A DNA stretch of 64,000 nt from Eledone cirrhosa (GCA_964016885.1 OZ024742.1:80476001-80540000); one strand, 5' to 3'; positions 11,445-26,179 are shown, counted from the stretch's first letter. A program made the numbers and translations. Notes: generated by a model not told the origin, from the sequence alone.

Positions 11445-13511
11445 GCTAGTCTAAAGTTCTCAAATTTGCTCGCTAATTCATGCCGACAGAAAATAGTTCT
11501 TTCAATTTTACTTTTAAGAAGCATTTGTTGTAATTTAAAATTTGGAAAAGTTCCATATTACTGAGACCGCTGTGGGACATACCAATTTGATAGACCGTTG
11601 CTTTTGATAGCTTCGTCCAGCTGATTTTATATTCCATGTTTGCATCCTTGAGTTGCCAGATTTTATTGGCGAGATTCGTTGTGTTTAAGAGATTCCTGTT
11701 AATCATAGAGTGTCTGTGGACTTACCGCCTTTTCTTAAACTCCCCAGCTGAGGAGCCAATGTAATGCCATGCTAAGCTACCTGGATTTATAGTACATAGG
11801 TATACTATATTTGTCTCTAGGCATCTCTTTTGTAAAGGGCATTTCTCAGGTAGATGGCAGTTACATTTAGATGCTTTTCTATGTGCCGGTTCTTCGATAT
11901 GGTTTTGTAGGTTGCTATGTATGGGCTGAGAATTGGGTTTGTTGATGTATTGTGGTGATGTGTTCTGACGTGTGTTTGGTTGTGATGATTTTATATACTT
12001 ATGTTTTGTATTTGGTGTTATGGTACTTATTTGCCGGCTACTTGTATTTTATATTATTTTGTAGTTAATTGTATGTATGTGTGATTCTATGGTGTTGGCA
12101 GTGGAGTATGATAGTTTGATAGTTTTTCTTTTAAATATTTAATGATATTTATGAATTTTAAGAAGTGTTTGTCAACCAATTTGAAGAAAGTTTAAGGTTG
12201 TTTTGTTTTTATAGAGGAGTTAAACATTGAATTGAACCATAAGTAGTTTCTATTTCTGCATCTTCTATAGTTATTAATTGTCTTTACATTAGTATTCTGT
12301 TCATTTAATTTACGTGCTTGTTGCCAATTTCTGTTTAGACCTAGATTTGTTGCTTCTATAGGTGTGGATAGTGTTATTAATATTAAGAATGTTGTTATTT
12401 TGTGTATCTGGTATGTATTTGAGTATCTCTTTATGGCCTGCCTTATGTAAAGCTATGTTGTAATAGTTAGCGTGTTCGTTAAAACTCTCTAGGTTAGAAG
12501 ATAGGCGCGAGATTCTAAGTGATATACTATGTTCTATGGAGTTAATTATGGATCGAGGGTGATTAGAGTTATAGTCAATGTAAGCTAAATTTTCATTGTT
12601 TTTATGGAAGGGTTCTATAAATCCTGTGTTAAGGTTGAGAGATACATCTAAGAAGTTAGCTTTTTTAGAGTTGGGTTCAAAAGTGATGTTGAAGAATTTT
12701 CTAATCTTTCTAAGTTTTGATTATTTACGATTTTAGCTAAAAGTAGTGTATCGTCTCTATACATTTCTCCTTGTAGGTTATCAAATTCTCTATGTAACAC
12801 ATGTCTTATATAAATTCCGACAATGTCTGTAAGTTGGGCTGAATCATTTGATCCCATAGTTATATTGAAGTTATTCTGTCTATTTTTACGCCTCCAGTAG
12901 TTATTTAATGATTGTTCTTCTTGCAGCTAGTATTATTTTAATTTTCTGTGGTGAAAGGTCAGAGTTTTGTGTGCAAAGGATAGTGTCTTATTTAGGGTTA
13001 CTGTGGAAATAGAAGAGTAGTAGTAAATTATGTCAAATTGTATAAAGTCGTAAGATTCTCTATAGTCTAATTTATTAAACCAATCTATTGCTTCATTTGT
13101 GTTACCCCAGAGCTTGATAATTTAGTTCTTTAATTTGTGGTATTATTATATCTATTATAAACATACTAATTATGCCTATATCTGATTTTGATGAACATAT
13201 TAATCTAATAGTATGGTTAGTTTCGAAATTACATTTATGATCCTTCAGATTAAAATGGGTTCACAAGGTTCGGTTCTATCAGATATTTTAAGTTTTTTTA
13301 CTATGTTAAGACCTTCCTTTTTAATGCTATTGAGTGTAGACTCAATAGCATTAACAAGATTAATGCTAAAGAGTGTAGACTCAATAGTATTAACAAGACA
13401 CTTGTATTTTTTATGTAATTCCCGGCGTATAAAGTTGTATGTATTAAGGCTCATGGTGTATACATTTGATGTTTTGTCTGCCTTTACTATAATAACGTTG
13501 GTGTTACGCAA
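11445..13511 (-). pseudogene. PLE reverse transcriptase + GIY-YIG endonuclease pseudogene
   Basis: ORF fragments 13245-13511, 12648-12857 and 11473-11706, with stops and frameshifts. Confidence 0.85.
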
Positions 13512-14851
13512 TTTTTTAGTAGTGCATTGGTGTTATTTTGCACCAAGCTGGGCTACCTTAATTTATAGTAGGGACACATATAGTATACCTGTGTACATTC
13601 AGCATGGCATTACATTGGCTCCCCAGCTAGGGAGTTTAAGAAAAGGTGGTACTTCCACAGACACTCTATGATTAACAGGAATCTCTTAAATACAACGACT
13701 CTCGCCAATAAAATCTGGCAACTCAAGGATGCAAACATGGAATATAAAATCAGCTGGACGAAGCTATCAAAAGGAACGACCTATCAAATTGGTATGTCCC
13801 ACTGCGGTCTCTGTAATATGGAAATTTTCCATATTTTAAATTACAACAAAATGCTTAACAGTAACATTGAAAGGACAATTTTCTGTCGGCATAAATCAGC
13901 CACCAAATTTGAGAACGTTATACCAGCTTAATTTCAGCTTATCTATTCCATAACCCAAATTGTACCACTTAGATCTATTATAATATCACATCATCATCAT
14001 CATCATCATTATTATTAATTGTCATCATCTATCAATGAATAACATCAAAACCTCGTATATTTACATTCTTATTTCATATATCTCCATCATTCACTCTCTA
14101 TCTTTATATTTCTTTCTGTAAATTTATTTCATCTCTGGCATTTTATTTTATCATATAATATAACTTACAACTAATTAATTAATTTATTTATTAAAATAAC
14201 CAATACACACATAAATATATTTAACATTATCATATTTATACCTTCGTGTATCTCTATGTATATCTCTGTATATCTCTATGTATATCTCTATCAAAACCAC
14301 TCTCAATAATCTTAATATGTTTAAATTTTCTTCGCATATTTTTACTTTTTTAATCTTTTATTTTAATATTTTAATATTTTCATTTTTAATTTTTTTGATA
14401 TTTTCATTTTTCGTTTTTCACATGTTACACCATTTTATATCATATTAGATATAATTTATTTATTTATTTATTTATATATTTTTTATTACTATTTTTATTT
14501 TTACTTACATGTATCCATGTATTAACGTTTATTGAATTATTGCTGATATGATTTCCCTTCTATTTTTCTTTCTCTCCTACGTTATACCTTTCTCTCCTCT
14601 TTCTACCATCAATTTTCCATATATTTTCTTCTTTCTGTACTTTTCTCTGTATTCATTTCTCCTTTTTCTTCTTCTTTCTTTTTTCCATTTTTCTTTTTCT
14701 TTTTCTCTCTTCTCTTTTTCTTTTTCCTTTCTTTCTCCCCCGTACCTATCTCCCTTTCTTTCTCTTTCTCTCTCTCTATCTTTATTATCAATATTATTAT
14801 TGATGATGTAATTCGAATTTGTAAATTTGCCGGTTATATATATTTTTTCTA

Positions 14852-14963
14852 ACAGTTTCTGAAGATTTGATCGAGCTAGCATTGTATACAATATTGAGTG
14901 CCACTGCTTGTAGTTTTCAGCAATTTTTAGACAACTTTATCAGAGAAACAATTGTTAGACTGT
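14852..14963 (+). ncRNA. Type I hammerhead ribozyme motif with 79-nt stem II region
   Basis: Stem I ACAGTTT/AGACTGT; core CTGAAGA (14859-14865); stem II TTTGAT/ATCAGA; GAAAC-AATT-GTT (14945-14956). Confidence 0.7.
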
Positions 14964-15018
14964 AAGTAAATCCTCCTTTTTTGTACTGTTGACCATGTTA
15001 TTCTCTACTTGTTCAATA

Positions 15019-15078
<60 letters not shown>

Positions 15079-15089
15079 ATATATATATA

Positions 15090-17347
15090 CAGTGGTGTAG
15101 CTAGAGTAAACGGCGCCCAGAGCAAGCATCAAAATTGCCCCACCCCCATTAAAAAATCAAGATCCACAAAGACGAAATTGCGGTAGAATGTATAATAAAA
15201 AAACAAAAAAACGGTTACTACTGATATTTCTGGCTTTTAATGAGGCAAACTGGTTGATAATTTCCTCGAAATCAGTTCGTTCAAACTCTTCGATTTCTAC
15301 ACTCAAAAGGGCGAGGTCACTCAGCCGTTGTTGGCCCATTGAGGTTCGCAAATACGAATGTATTATCTTCAGCTTGCTGAACGACCTCTCGTAACTGGCA
15401 ATTGAAATAGAAATCGTCAACATTATTTGAATGCTGATTCGCAAATTGGGACAAACACATTCATCGCCGTATTGTATGATAAATTGGAGAAGTGCCTCCA
15501 GCTTTAAAATTGGGTCAGCTGTCGTAGTAGCCAGAAAAGATCGGCAGTCCAAGATTTCCTCATACAATTACTCTCCGTCGATGTCGGAGTTGTTTAGTTC
15601 CGCAAGTCTGTTGCACCTTTGTTTAAGGACAAGGTTATCAGGAGCAGCCAAATAGAACAGATAGTTGACATCAAGAAGAAAACCAAAACTTGAGTCGGTT
15701 TCCTTAAGTCTAATAAACTGTTCTTCCATTTCTGTTTGAAAACGATTGAGTGAACTTTGCATTGCTCTCTCTATCTTTTTTTCTGGCAGCCACCTCGACG
15801 TCCTCAGTAATTTCGGTATTGGTTTGTCGTCTTCCGCGTCTCAACGGAAAATAGACATTCCATTTCTACAAGTGGTCGAATCCCATTTCAAGAGACTCGT
15901 GGATTAAGGATGTTCCTTCTTCTTTAAAATAAAGTTGAAGGGCTCCTATATCAGCTGCAGCATCGTGAACATTCATTCTTGGATCTTGAAGACTCTTTTG
16001 AACCCGGTCAATTCGTGAGAGAATCGTGTTCCAGAATCCAATCAAGTTCAGGAATGCATAACTCAGTATCCGATTATGGAGATAACTGGCATCACTTCGG
16101 CTCTCGCATGTCTCAGTTTCATCATCAATAATTTCTTCGAGAACTTGAACAATCAGCGTCAAATAATTCGCAACCGGTCTGACTGCGGTGCATCTAGCAC
16201 TCCGCCGCGTATCGGAAGGATATTTAACAACAACTGGAGCAACTTCTTTAAGGACTTCCCATCGTCGTGTTGAACAAGAAAAACAGTTGTATAACGAGTC
16301 AATGTAACTGAAAAAGGTCATCATAGCAGAGTCGTGTTGGGCTGCATGAAGATCAGCCAGATTAAGTGAATGGTTATCGCAACTAACGAAGTGAATCAAA
16401 TTATTCTTCTCTCTCATTCTCTGCTGAACCCCAACTGAGGTGCCCAGCCATTATGGCAGCATTGTCGTAGCACTGCGATCGATAGTTCTACAGTGGTAGG
16501 TCATCTTTTACTAGCTGTTTCACGATTGTTTCAACGAGGCTGGCGGCATCTTTTTTGACTACTTGAATGAATCCAAGAAAAGATTCCCTCACAACGACCG
16601 TCTTCGTATTGAAATCAACATCGACATATCGCACAACGTTTGACAGTTGTTCTCGGTGCGCCTGGTCAGGGTTCAAATCAATCAGCAGACCATAGTATCT
16701 TGCTTTTTGGATACGATTTAGTAAATTCTGACGAACTATATTATAGAAGAAAACATTGAACCATCTAAACTGGAGTCAAATTGAATTCCTAATAGACGCT
16801 ATCCGATTCTATCTGGCCATTTAGATTATGATACCTTTTCTATACGTCTTATGTACCAGTTGTAAAAGACAAACTACTCTGTTTTGTAAACGAGCTTCAT
16901 AATTATAATTATCTTTTATTGGTCATTGTAATGCATTGCTAAAAGTAACGCCTGCTTGTCCACCAGTTGCACGTCTAAAACTACGTCCCTTCAGTCAGTG
17001 TATATGTGTGTGTGTGGGGGGGGGGGGGTGTAAGGTCAAGTGAGGTATCCGCTGTTTTGCAATGTATAGCTAAAGATAGCGCCCGCATAATTGCAACCCA
17101 CCCTGCTGTCAGTGTGGAGGGGGTGGGCGCGTTTTTGTGAAGTCAAATCAGACATCTGCTCTGTCTAGTGCACTAGACATGGCGTGGAAGGCGGCTATCA
17201 AGAAATCACATGCTTCATTTTTGGCTTATATTTTTAAAAGTGATAAAAACGTCATGAATGTAAATCGATCTAGGTCGAAATTGCGCCCCACCCCCTAAAT
17301 ATGGCGCCTGTGGCATGTGCCCTGCTTGCCAATCACTAGCTACGCCA

Positions 17348-17350
<3 letters not shown>
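15090..17350 (-). mobile_element. hAT DNA transposon (decayed)
   Basis: TIRs CAGTGGTGTAGCTAG (15090-15104) and CTAGCTACGCCAATT (17336-17350); flanked by (TA)n. Confidence 0.85.
15157..16730 (-). pseudogene. hAT transposase pseudogene (ZMYM1-like type)
   Basis: EQLSNVVRYV..ESFLGF, CDNHSLNL (CxxH), DTRRSAR (TRW-like), and the dimerisation domain ASYERSFSKLKIIHSYLRTSMGQQRLSDLALLSVE. Confidence 0.88.
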
Positions 17351-17377
<27 letters not shown>

Positions 17378-17378
<1 letters not shown>

Positions 17379-17852
17379 AGATGTGTAACTCAACAGTTTA
17401 AAATTAACTTCGTTTATACATATTCACTGCTTTACATATTTCAGTGCTAGGCAATATTCAACAGCTATGTCCTCATCAGGCAATTAGAACTTGAACAGAA
17501 GAAAAAGAGGAAAACATAATGTTGGAATATGTTTTACCTTGTTAGTTCGTTGACATGTTCAGATCCACGCTGTGGTGTGCACATATCAATAAGGTAAAAT
17601 CAATACCAACATTATATTTTGCTGTTTAATTCTGTTCAAGTTCTAAATGCCTGATGACATCATAGCTGTTGAATAATGCCTATCACTGAAACGTATATAG
17701 CAGCCAATATGAATAAACGAAGTTAATTTTAATCTGTCGACTTACACTTCTTGATATTACTTTATTCCAGAGTAAACAGAGCAACCCGCGCACTTTGTTG
17801 AGTTCCCTAACCTATATACTGAAGTGTCGGTAAATAACCAATACATATTAAA
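17378..17852. mobile_element. Fold-back PLE terminus with hammerhead-like motif in each arm
   Basis: Arms 17378-17558 and 17581-17752 are reverse complements. CTGATGA (17651) ... GAAAC-GTAT-ATA. The right arm extends ~100 nt further; (TA)n on both sides. Confidence 0.7.
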
Positions 17853-17890
17853 TTATATATATATAAGTATTATATATATATTTATATATA

Positions 17891-18069
17891 AGGACGGTCC
17901 CCCCCACCGCTTTCAAGCGATGGGAGGGACCGTCCTAAAGAAGGCCAGTCAAGCCTGAAATTCATAGACGGCTGTCCCCCTTGCTTCTGCTGGACACCAC
18001 CAGAGTGCATTATTCACGGTGTTTGCATAGTTACAGCTTCCTTAAACCCTGTTTCTTTAGAATTACGAA

Positions 18070-18070
<1 letters not shown>
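17891..18070 (+). mobile_element. Short PLE-terminus remnant with minimal (mutated) hammerhead
   Basis: Hairpin 17891-17936; stem I CCGTC/GACGG, core CTAAAGA, stem II AGGC/GCCT, GAAA-TTC-ATA; between (TA)n tracts. Confidence 0.55.
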
Positions 18071-18140
<70 letters not shown>

Positions 18141-18463
18141 ACATTTTTTCAATACAAGTTTGTACGTTATCACAGATTCAAGTACCGTATGGCGGCTGTA
18201 GAGTGACATGTGTATTTCTTGCTAAATTATATAATTTTTTTATATACATATATATATGTATATATATCTATACATATATATGACTCTGCTCGTTTGTGTG
18301 GATTGTTAATAACAATTTTATAGATTTGTAAAGACAGTTGTAGATGGATATGTATCTAAATACACTGTTAATAGTAAATAAAAAACCTCAGCATCAAGTT
18401 TCATAATATTGCGTTTTCTTTTGATGTAACCTTAAATCGTATATAGAAAATTATACACACACA

Positions 18464-18532
<69 letters not shown>

Positions 18533-19018
18533 TATATATGTGTGTGTGTGTGTGTGTATGCATATATATATGTCTGTACATTGGATAGTGGATAGAATTT
18601 ATGTTCTGGTAAAATATATTTTAAGATTTAATTTAAAAAAAGAATGTTCAAAATTTATTAATAATCAATATAGAAGTTGGCAAGACTTCTTTTCTAGAAT
18701 AAAATTAAAATCGTATTTCCTATCGCGTATGTGACTTTCAATGAATCTGTTAAAACACCATAAACGTTTTGCCTCATTAAGTCAATGAAATAAAAGTAAC
18801 ATTTCGTGATTAGAAACAAATATATATTTTATGAGGTGGAAGGGAATAGATAAAACAAAAATATATATTTAGTCGCTGTCACTCTCACCATCGCTTCAAA
18901 CAACATACAGATATAAACGACAACATAGCTATTACAAAACGCAGGCATTTAAAAAAAACGTGTTAGACATATGAAATCCTCCGGGTTCATATAGAAGTCG
19001 TAAATCCGAAATGTACAT

Positions 19019-19079
<61 letters not shown>

Positions 19080-19178
19080 TATACGTGCATATAATGTGCA
19101 TGAGTGCGCACGTGCATGTGTGCGTATGGTGATATCTATTTATATATCTAACTATAAACACACACAAACGCACCCCAC

Positions 19179-19221
<43 letters not shown>

Positions 19222-19619
19222 CAATTTTACGATTAATTTCCCCATAGTATCAATATTCCTGTATATGATAATTCAGATATTATTTTCTATTGTGTAACGT
19301 CCTCACAATCGTATTATTTTATATACAAAGTAGCTAAAAATGTATATGTTTCGTTGAGATGTTCGAATAGTAAAGTACTCTCTCAATTTACTCTAAAATT
19401 CGTTGAAGGTAGTTGAAATGTTAAGAACATTATATAGCCCCAGTTTTAACCCGTAAAGTTCGAAACGATTATGCCGAGATGACGATGTTTAACACGAACA
19501 TATCATATCTATGTTGCCCAATTTAATTGCTCGCCCAAATTATATTCTCTGCTTAATATGATAATCACGACATTTGCAGGAAATTACTTCCTATAAAATC
19601 TGTCTCGAAGTCTGAGGCT

Positions 19620-19820
19620 CGGCATGTCGGTGCTTATCTTGGTTTCCGTTGTGTTATGTGATGGAGAGTAGATGATTTCCTGCCATGAGGAGGACGCCAG
19701 ACCATCACAGGCTTAAACCCCCATCTATTACTGGTACTCATGTCCAGCTGCGTATACTGGAGCAACATGAAATGAACTGTTTTGCAAGAATACACGACAC
19801 ACAACCGAGTTCAGGAATCT
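19620..19820 (-). mobile_element. Old SINE remnant of a different family
   Basis: CTGGTACTCAT..CAGCTG.GT..ACTGGAGCAACATGAAATGAA.TGTTTTGCAAGAATACAC resembles the reverse strand of a conserved-domain (V/CORE-like) SINE. Confidence 0.45.
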
Positions 19821-21084
19821 GCATGGTTTGATTTGTCATACATTTGTTTAAAGCCTGTATTTTAATAGATATTTGGGTATTTTTTCGAGCACGTCGAGTG
19901 ATCAAACACAAGTCACGCGTGATTTTCTTTCATAGCTCTTTTCGTACGTGGAATTATTACTGAAGTGTATTCCGTTGTATATAGACACGAATAAGATTAG
20001 GTATTATAAATCGCTTACTTAGTGCATCTCTTTCTTCAAAAAAATTCATAGTTCTCTTTGATCCACGATTTACTGATTGCTGTTCTACAATAAATATGTA
20101 ACTTTTGGCTAATACGTGTGAAACATATTTAATTACATCGAACGTGACAAATTTTAACTCAACCACATTACATTCTAACAGATATGTTCACTATTGCAAG
20201 TTGTGTGAAATTTATTTCATTTCTACTTTATGAGGGAAAAAATAAAATGAAGTTTAGTTATAACTTTCAAAGGTAATGCTCACTTGAGAATTTATTTTAT
20301 TGTATGACAAAATGCAGGCTACCAAATTTATAGTAAATTAGGTTAGTTTCATTATTCATAAAATTACTTCTTCAAAAGGATGTTTTTTAATAACCAATAT
20401 CGCATTGCAGTCGAACATTCTTAGTGAAGTTAAAATACGCATACTCATACACAGAATTTTAATCATTAACATAAATGTCTTACACGTAGGCAATGAACAT
20501 TTCTTGTGTATTTTTTATATATTGTTTTCTCCGATGTTACCGAAATGTTCATGGAATAAATATATCGACCTAAAATACCAAAGAACGAATTGCACATCTT
20601 ATGTTGTTGTATATAGATTTTGATCAGCTTAACTGACTGTTAGCCATAACAACAGGTATCCACCCCGAAAAGGTTTTTTACCGGAGGACTTGGTCTTTTT
20701 GATCCGATCTATATCATACTTCTGCAAACATTTCAGCACATATAATTAACATCATTTATTCCGTGATGAATATTCGTAGTTGATGTGTTAAATGTGTAGA
20801 TATCACAAATTCAACATACCATGAATCAGATTCGAAGCAGCTGCTAGGAAATCTAGAAACAGCTATGAAATTCCCTATTAGTTCTCTGATATAAATATAC
20901 ATATATATGGGAGCTTCGGCAAGGTGTTCTCCTACAAATCACCCGCTACCCAGAAAGCATTATTCAGAACGAGAGAATAGTGGATTTACATTATCAAATG
21001 CTATCGATTGTAACGGAAACAATGAGTTTACAAAATTAACATTTTAACCACACACTTTAATCTGCACTAAAGCGGAAAATTCTC

Positions 21085-21220
21085 AGTCATTAGAACGTCG
21101 GATAGAGTGCTTTGCGCTATTCATTTCCGCTTTCTGCTGTCTGGATTCGAATCCTACCGAGGTCAACTTTGCCTTTCATTATTTTGAGGTGAATAAAAAT
21201 GTACCAGTCAAGTATTGGGG
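21085..21220 (+). mobile_element. Diverged SINE remnant
   Basis: ATTCGAATCCTACCGAGGTCAACTTTGCCTTTCAT...GTACCAGTCAAGTATTGGGG. Confidence 0.7.
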
Positions 21221-22029
21221 TTGGTTCTTTCACTATATTACTTTCTTCTTCCCATTATCTATCCCTCTCTCTCATGTTGTCTTGATCAACACTAAATGTG
21301 TTTAAACCCGGACACGGATAGGCTCCGCCAGTTTTAAAAGATGACATAGAAACTCCATATGACAATGCGGCACCCATAATACTGCCTGCATGCATAATTC
21401 TATGTTCATAAATGGAGAATTTTAATCTAATGCATGAGCTAAGAAAATATACTTAAACATTCATATAAATAAATATGTTTTTCTCGTATTAGCCAAAGGT
21501 CATATATTTACTGCAGAAATATAGTCTGTTTTAATGGATCAAACATAGCTTATTTGTCCATAAAATGTAGTGTAAAATACTCATAGTTTCCCTTTCATTT
21601 TTCATTGTGTCACGTTAGAGAAATAGTCCGTTCAGCTCTAGCCTTGGAGTCGAGTAATCTCATAAAACAAGGAAAAATATTGACTCCTTTTTTATAGCAG
21701 AATTCATTATGTTTTTCTCTGAAAAAATATTTTTCGGGGCATTTGTTTCATGTTATTTTTTTATGTTTACACTCGTTTTAAATATAATTGGTTCCCAAAA
21801 ACATTTAATCACATATATTATTGTAAATTTGTCATATATTTATTGTTCAATTATAATCCATATTTCTTATCTGCATCGTTCGAATAAAATGATGTCGATG
21901 AAAGACAATATTCAACATTGAGGGACCTAAATATATGCATGAGACAAATGAAACCCATACATACAAACATACATAAATGCGTACATACATACAAGAACAA
22001 GGTCAGCAGCCATCTTACCCAGGTCTATG

Positions 22030-22310
22030 AATATGAAGGAAACAATATCATTAGGATAGCCACTGATCTGGAGATAACCAGAGATATGGAATAAGACCTG
22101 ATAGAGATCTCTCTCCCAAGGAAATTGGAAGATCTTATTGAAAGTTCGAACATGATAAAAAATAGACCAATTTACAGAGAAAGATTTGCATGGATACCTG
22201 AGACGAACAGCACAGACCATAGAGGGGATAAATCATTCAAAAAGCTTCGCATGGAGTTCCGACAAGTTTATGACATCCCACATTGAAGGATATATTTATG
22301 CAATACATAC
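22030..22310 (+). pseudogene. R4/Dong-like retrotransposon relic
   Basis: Manual translation DLHGYLRR...SFAWSSDKFMTSHIEGYIYAI matches the LHG..W..ETEG.I.AQ region of 41343-43253. Confidence 0.5.
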
Positions 22311-22534
22311 CCATCATTATTAGAGCTACAGGTTTACATACCAGCCCGCTTGGACCAAAGTATAACTGAACTTGGATTTGTGGACAAAGAGCGCAACTCC
22401 CTAATTCATAGACTACAAAACGTCTCCAAAGCTGGCACCTTCAAAATGAAATGACAATTTCTTTTCTTTTACAACCTTGCCACCAGGAAGGTGGCAGGTC
22501 AAAAGTATACTCGACATTAAGAGAAAGAGAAACG

Positions 22535-22655
22535 TACATACTTACATACATACATATATAAATACATACATACATACATACATGCATACATGCATACATG
22601 CATACATACATACATACATACATACATACATACATACATACATACATGCATACAT
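22535..22655. repeat. (CATA)n microsatellite
   Basis: Read directly. Confidence 0.95.
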
Positions 22656-23399
22656 ATTACTCGAATCGATCAGTCGCACATATATATATTTAAGATGAAT
22701 ACTATCTCCATCAGTAATGCTACTGCTACCAACTTTTATAAATAACTGGGTGATATTTTCTGAAGACAAGTTTTATTAGAAGAATAAGCAACAAAGAGAC
22801 GAAAAATAAAAACACCGATTAAGGTAAGAATATTTTTAATTTTAGTCTCAAAACGAACCGAAACTATAAATCATATATCTTTTGGAGTTACGATCTGAAT
22901 AATGGCCTATTTAATGTTTATAATATGGCAAAAGGACACACCTGTTCGCTATTTGAACAGAATGTAGTTACACTGGGCGAACTTTATGTAGGGCTAAAAT
23001 ATTTTTTCAGCTAAATCTATGTCGAAACTTAAAATAAGATAAACATTATTCAAACCAATAATTAAAGTATGAAACCCTTACAAATGACAACACAGTGAGC
23101 AGTCTACTAGATCAGATATATAATCAACACGTATCACAAAAGGACGTCATGTTACTCTGCTTTCTTGTAGACAGTCCTAAACTCAACAACAAACAGAATT
23201 AATACACAAACAGTCCCTTGAACCAGCCATGTTGGCGACAGGTTTGAAACCACATTAACAATAGACGTTACTTCGAGAAAATAAAGTCAATAATAATAAG
23301 ATGAAAAGTGAAAATTATATATAACTTAGATATATCCTTAGCAGAACTTTCTAAACAGCGATTAAACTGTATATGGAACTTTCTCTCGAGAAAATATAT

Positions 23400-25650
23400 A
23401 AATTGAGAGTATTGAACAAGAAACAAAATTACAGAATTCTACGAGTAACTGGAACTGACTATATGCGACAAATTAAGGAACCCTATTATTCTGGCAGTTA
23501 AACCTATTCCTATATGATGTAGAAATACGTGTGAAGCATTAACTTGGTTATAATTGTGATGTTATCAGAAACAAAACAACACAAATATGCCGTGGTATAT
23601 TTCAAAAACAACGATCACTGACCGACGAAAATCTAGAGGCAATGTGACAATCTTTATCATATGTAAACAAATAGAAAAAAAGAAAAATACACTCCTCACT
23701 ATCAAAAACAGAGGAAAATAAAAATGATGTCTGGAGATAATACCAACAGAACGTTTCAATACAAGTTGGTCATATTCAAACATGAATTGGGAGCTGCCAA
23801 CAAGAAAGATCATGCCTAAAGGAGAGTGTCTAAAAGAAAAAGAAACATTAGTAAAAGATACAGTCGAGGTCAAACAACAGCTTACAGAGTTATGAGGGGA
23901 AAATCAATAAATATCACTGAGACCCCATCCCATATAAACAGATTCCTTTTGGAGAAAACATGTGAGTCGAAAGAAAATAAATTCAACAGAGATACAGTGT
24001 GTGTGAAAGAGATTAAAAGGAACAATTTCCCCATTACATAAGAAAATACATCATCAATGATAATTCAATTAAGATGTGATAGAAATGAGAAAAGCTACGA
24101 AAACAAAATAAAAATCTTGATTGTCGAATACTGGTACAAAAAACTGACTTTCCATCTGATGTATCATATCAATCATAACCAGCAAGATCTCAAAGGAGAT
24201 GTTTATACACCAAGTTGGTTGACACTAGCAGAAAAAATGGTCCACGAAATCAAAGAAAAACACTTGCCAAAAAAAACACTGAATTATTGTATGCCAGACT
24301 ACCACCGGTCTGAAAATATTCCTACAAAATCACTGTCACAATAACACGCAGCAAGGAAGAAAGGAATTTTTGGAGATCTTGAACAACCTTTAATTAACAA
24401 AACGACAATGTCAGAAGTTCGACCTCATAGAGGGAATTTGGTTACGGTCAAGCTGAACTACACGGGGGCATTCGTCGATTCTGTTCCTTACACCTGGATT
24501 CAAGAGGTATTTTGACTCGATGAAGTCCCCGATACCAAAGCGAACCTATTTTCGCCCTAGGCAAATATCAAGATGTTAAATACTGAGAAGGAGGAATATA
24601 TTGTCACAGATAAAACAGAATATTGCAAAGGTATATTTCAAGAAGACAGTGTATCTGCGACGTTATTGATACTGTCAGTACAACTCTTTATACTAAGGAA
24701 AGATGAAGGCTACGTCATTGACTCACAGGGAGTCAGAAACACAAACCCAAAACATAGCTTTCCTGAGTCTGACAATAACATGAGAGTTTGGAAGGAGCAC
24801 CTTGAAAAATACTCTTTGCATGATAAATAAAATCTCACACACAGGATGATTTCACAGCAATACCGCAAACGAAAATATGGATGAAATGAATGCCAGCTTT
24901 ATGGCCAGAATAGGTAACAGAGTAAAAGAGTAAGGAAATCAGACTATATTGGATCAACAACCGGTATATTGGCTCTCAATTTGAAGGATATGCTTTTGCA
25001 ATCCAAGAACAGGAAATAACAGTGAAATATCTAACACACAAAAGGGATAGGGATATAGGCAAAAGAACAAGATGTGAAAACAAATGCAGACTCTTCAGAA
25101 TAAAAATCGAAGATGTCATCCATGTCAAAAGCTGCTGTTTAAAGATATCATCACAATACTATCCACCTATGATGCACAGTGCTTTGGCCAAAACATTATA
25201 CAATGCTATCCGGAAATATTATAGCCCTGTGAATAATCATATAAAAGGTTATGTAGAGTATACATGCCTAGATAATATACAAAGGTACTGGTGGAATGTT
25301 CAAAACCAAAATGATATGCAAAAATGATAGGCCAGAAATAGAGATATGGGATAGAGAAAATATCGCATGCGCAATATTGGACATTAGCTGCACACTATAT
25401 GTCAATATGATTCTAAGGACTAACGAAATTGAGAATATTTATGCTGAAATAATGCGGCAGGCACTCCACACTGACTGTACCGTTAAATGTATCCCTGTGA
25501 TCTTTAAGTTTCTGCGATATGTTACTTACTGACTCTGTGCACATCTTGAGAACCTGGACTATACATGTCTTGGCTAGTACGAAAGCTGTAAATACAGGTC
25601 ATTAATGGATTTGTAAAAATATGTCGAATACTTCTGGAATTCAGCATCTA
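23400..25650 (+). pseudogene. Heavily decayed R4-clade (RT + RLE) non-LTR retrotransposon
   Basis: Fragments KGIFQEDSVSATLLIL (QGD motif), QEQEI..KCRL, and NDRPEIEIWDRE..ILDISC (RLE PD..D motif). Confidence 0.7.
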
Positions 25651-26094
25651 ATAACGGTATATATACATCTATAGATAGAAATACATATGCATGTGTAAAT
25701 ATATAACTCAAAACATAGATCCACTCATGCAATAACACCCTTATCTGCACATACATACACAGACACACACAAACATACACAGACACACACAAACATACAC
25801 AGACAAACACACACATACACATGCATAGGTATTTACCAACTTGATAGTTTCTAAATTACAATGAGAGTCATGTTTCTCTTAGAAGCCAGTTAGATCTCGT
25901 TCTTTCACTATTTGTGAAAAGTTGTAAGATACGAACATTTTATATATACTCACATACACATGTTAATTCATATATACACACATACAAACATACACACACA
26001 ATTACACACATACCTTCATATATACGTACGTATGCAATACACATGTAATAATTACATACATAACAATACGTATACATCCGCATGCATATACTGA

Positions 26095-26149
<55 letters not shown>

Positions 26150-26179
26150 GGAATATATATATATATATATATATAAACG

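Larger units (their letters stand above)
10567..15020. mobile_element. Penelope-like element (Naiad-type GIY-YIG) with inverted 5' segment
   Basis: Decayed RT on minus (VKADKTSNVY, ITMGSNDSAQLTD, YRDD) and GIY-YIG region (CNC..CPL..CL; IWQLK..ISW..). 13545-15020 (+) is an inverted copy of 10720-11790. Both ends abut (TA)n. Confidence 0.88.

Noticed and set aside
18100-23400. Possible host exons in the less repetitive AT-rich stretch
   Set aside because: No ORF with recognisable protein character. Small exons cannot be excluded without RNA-seq, and the same applies to 57850-60350.
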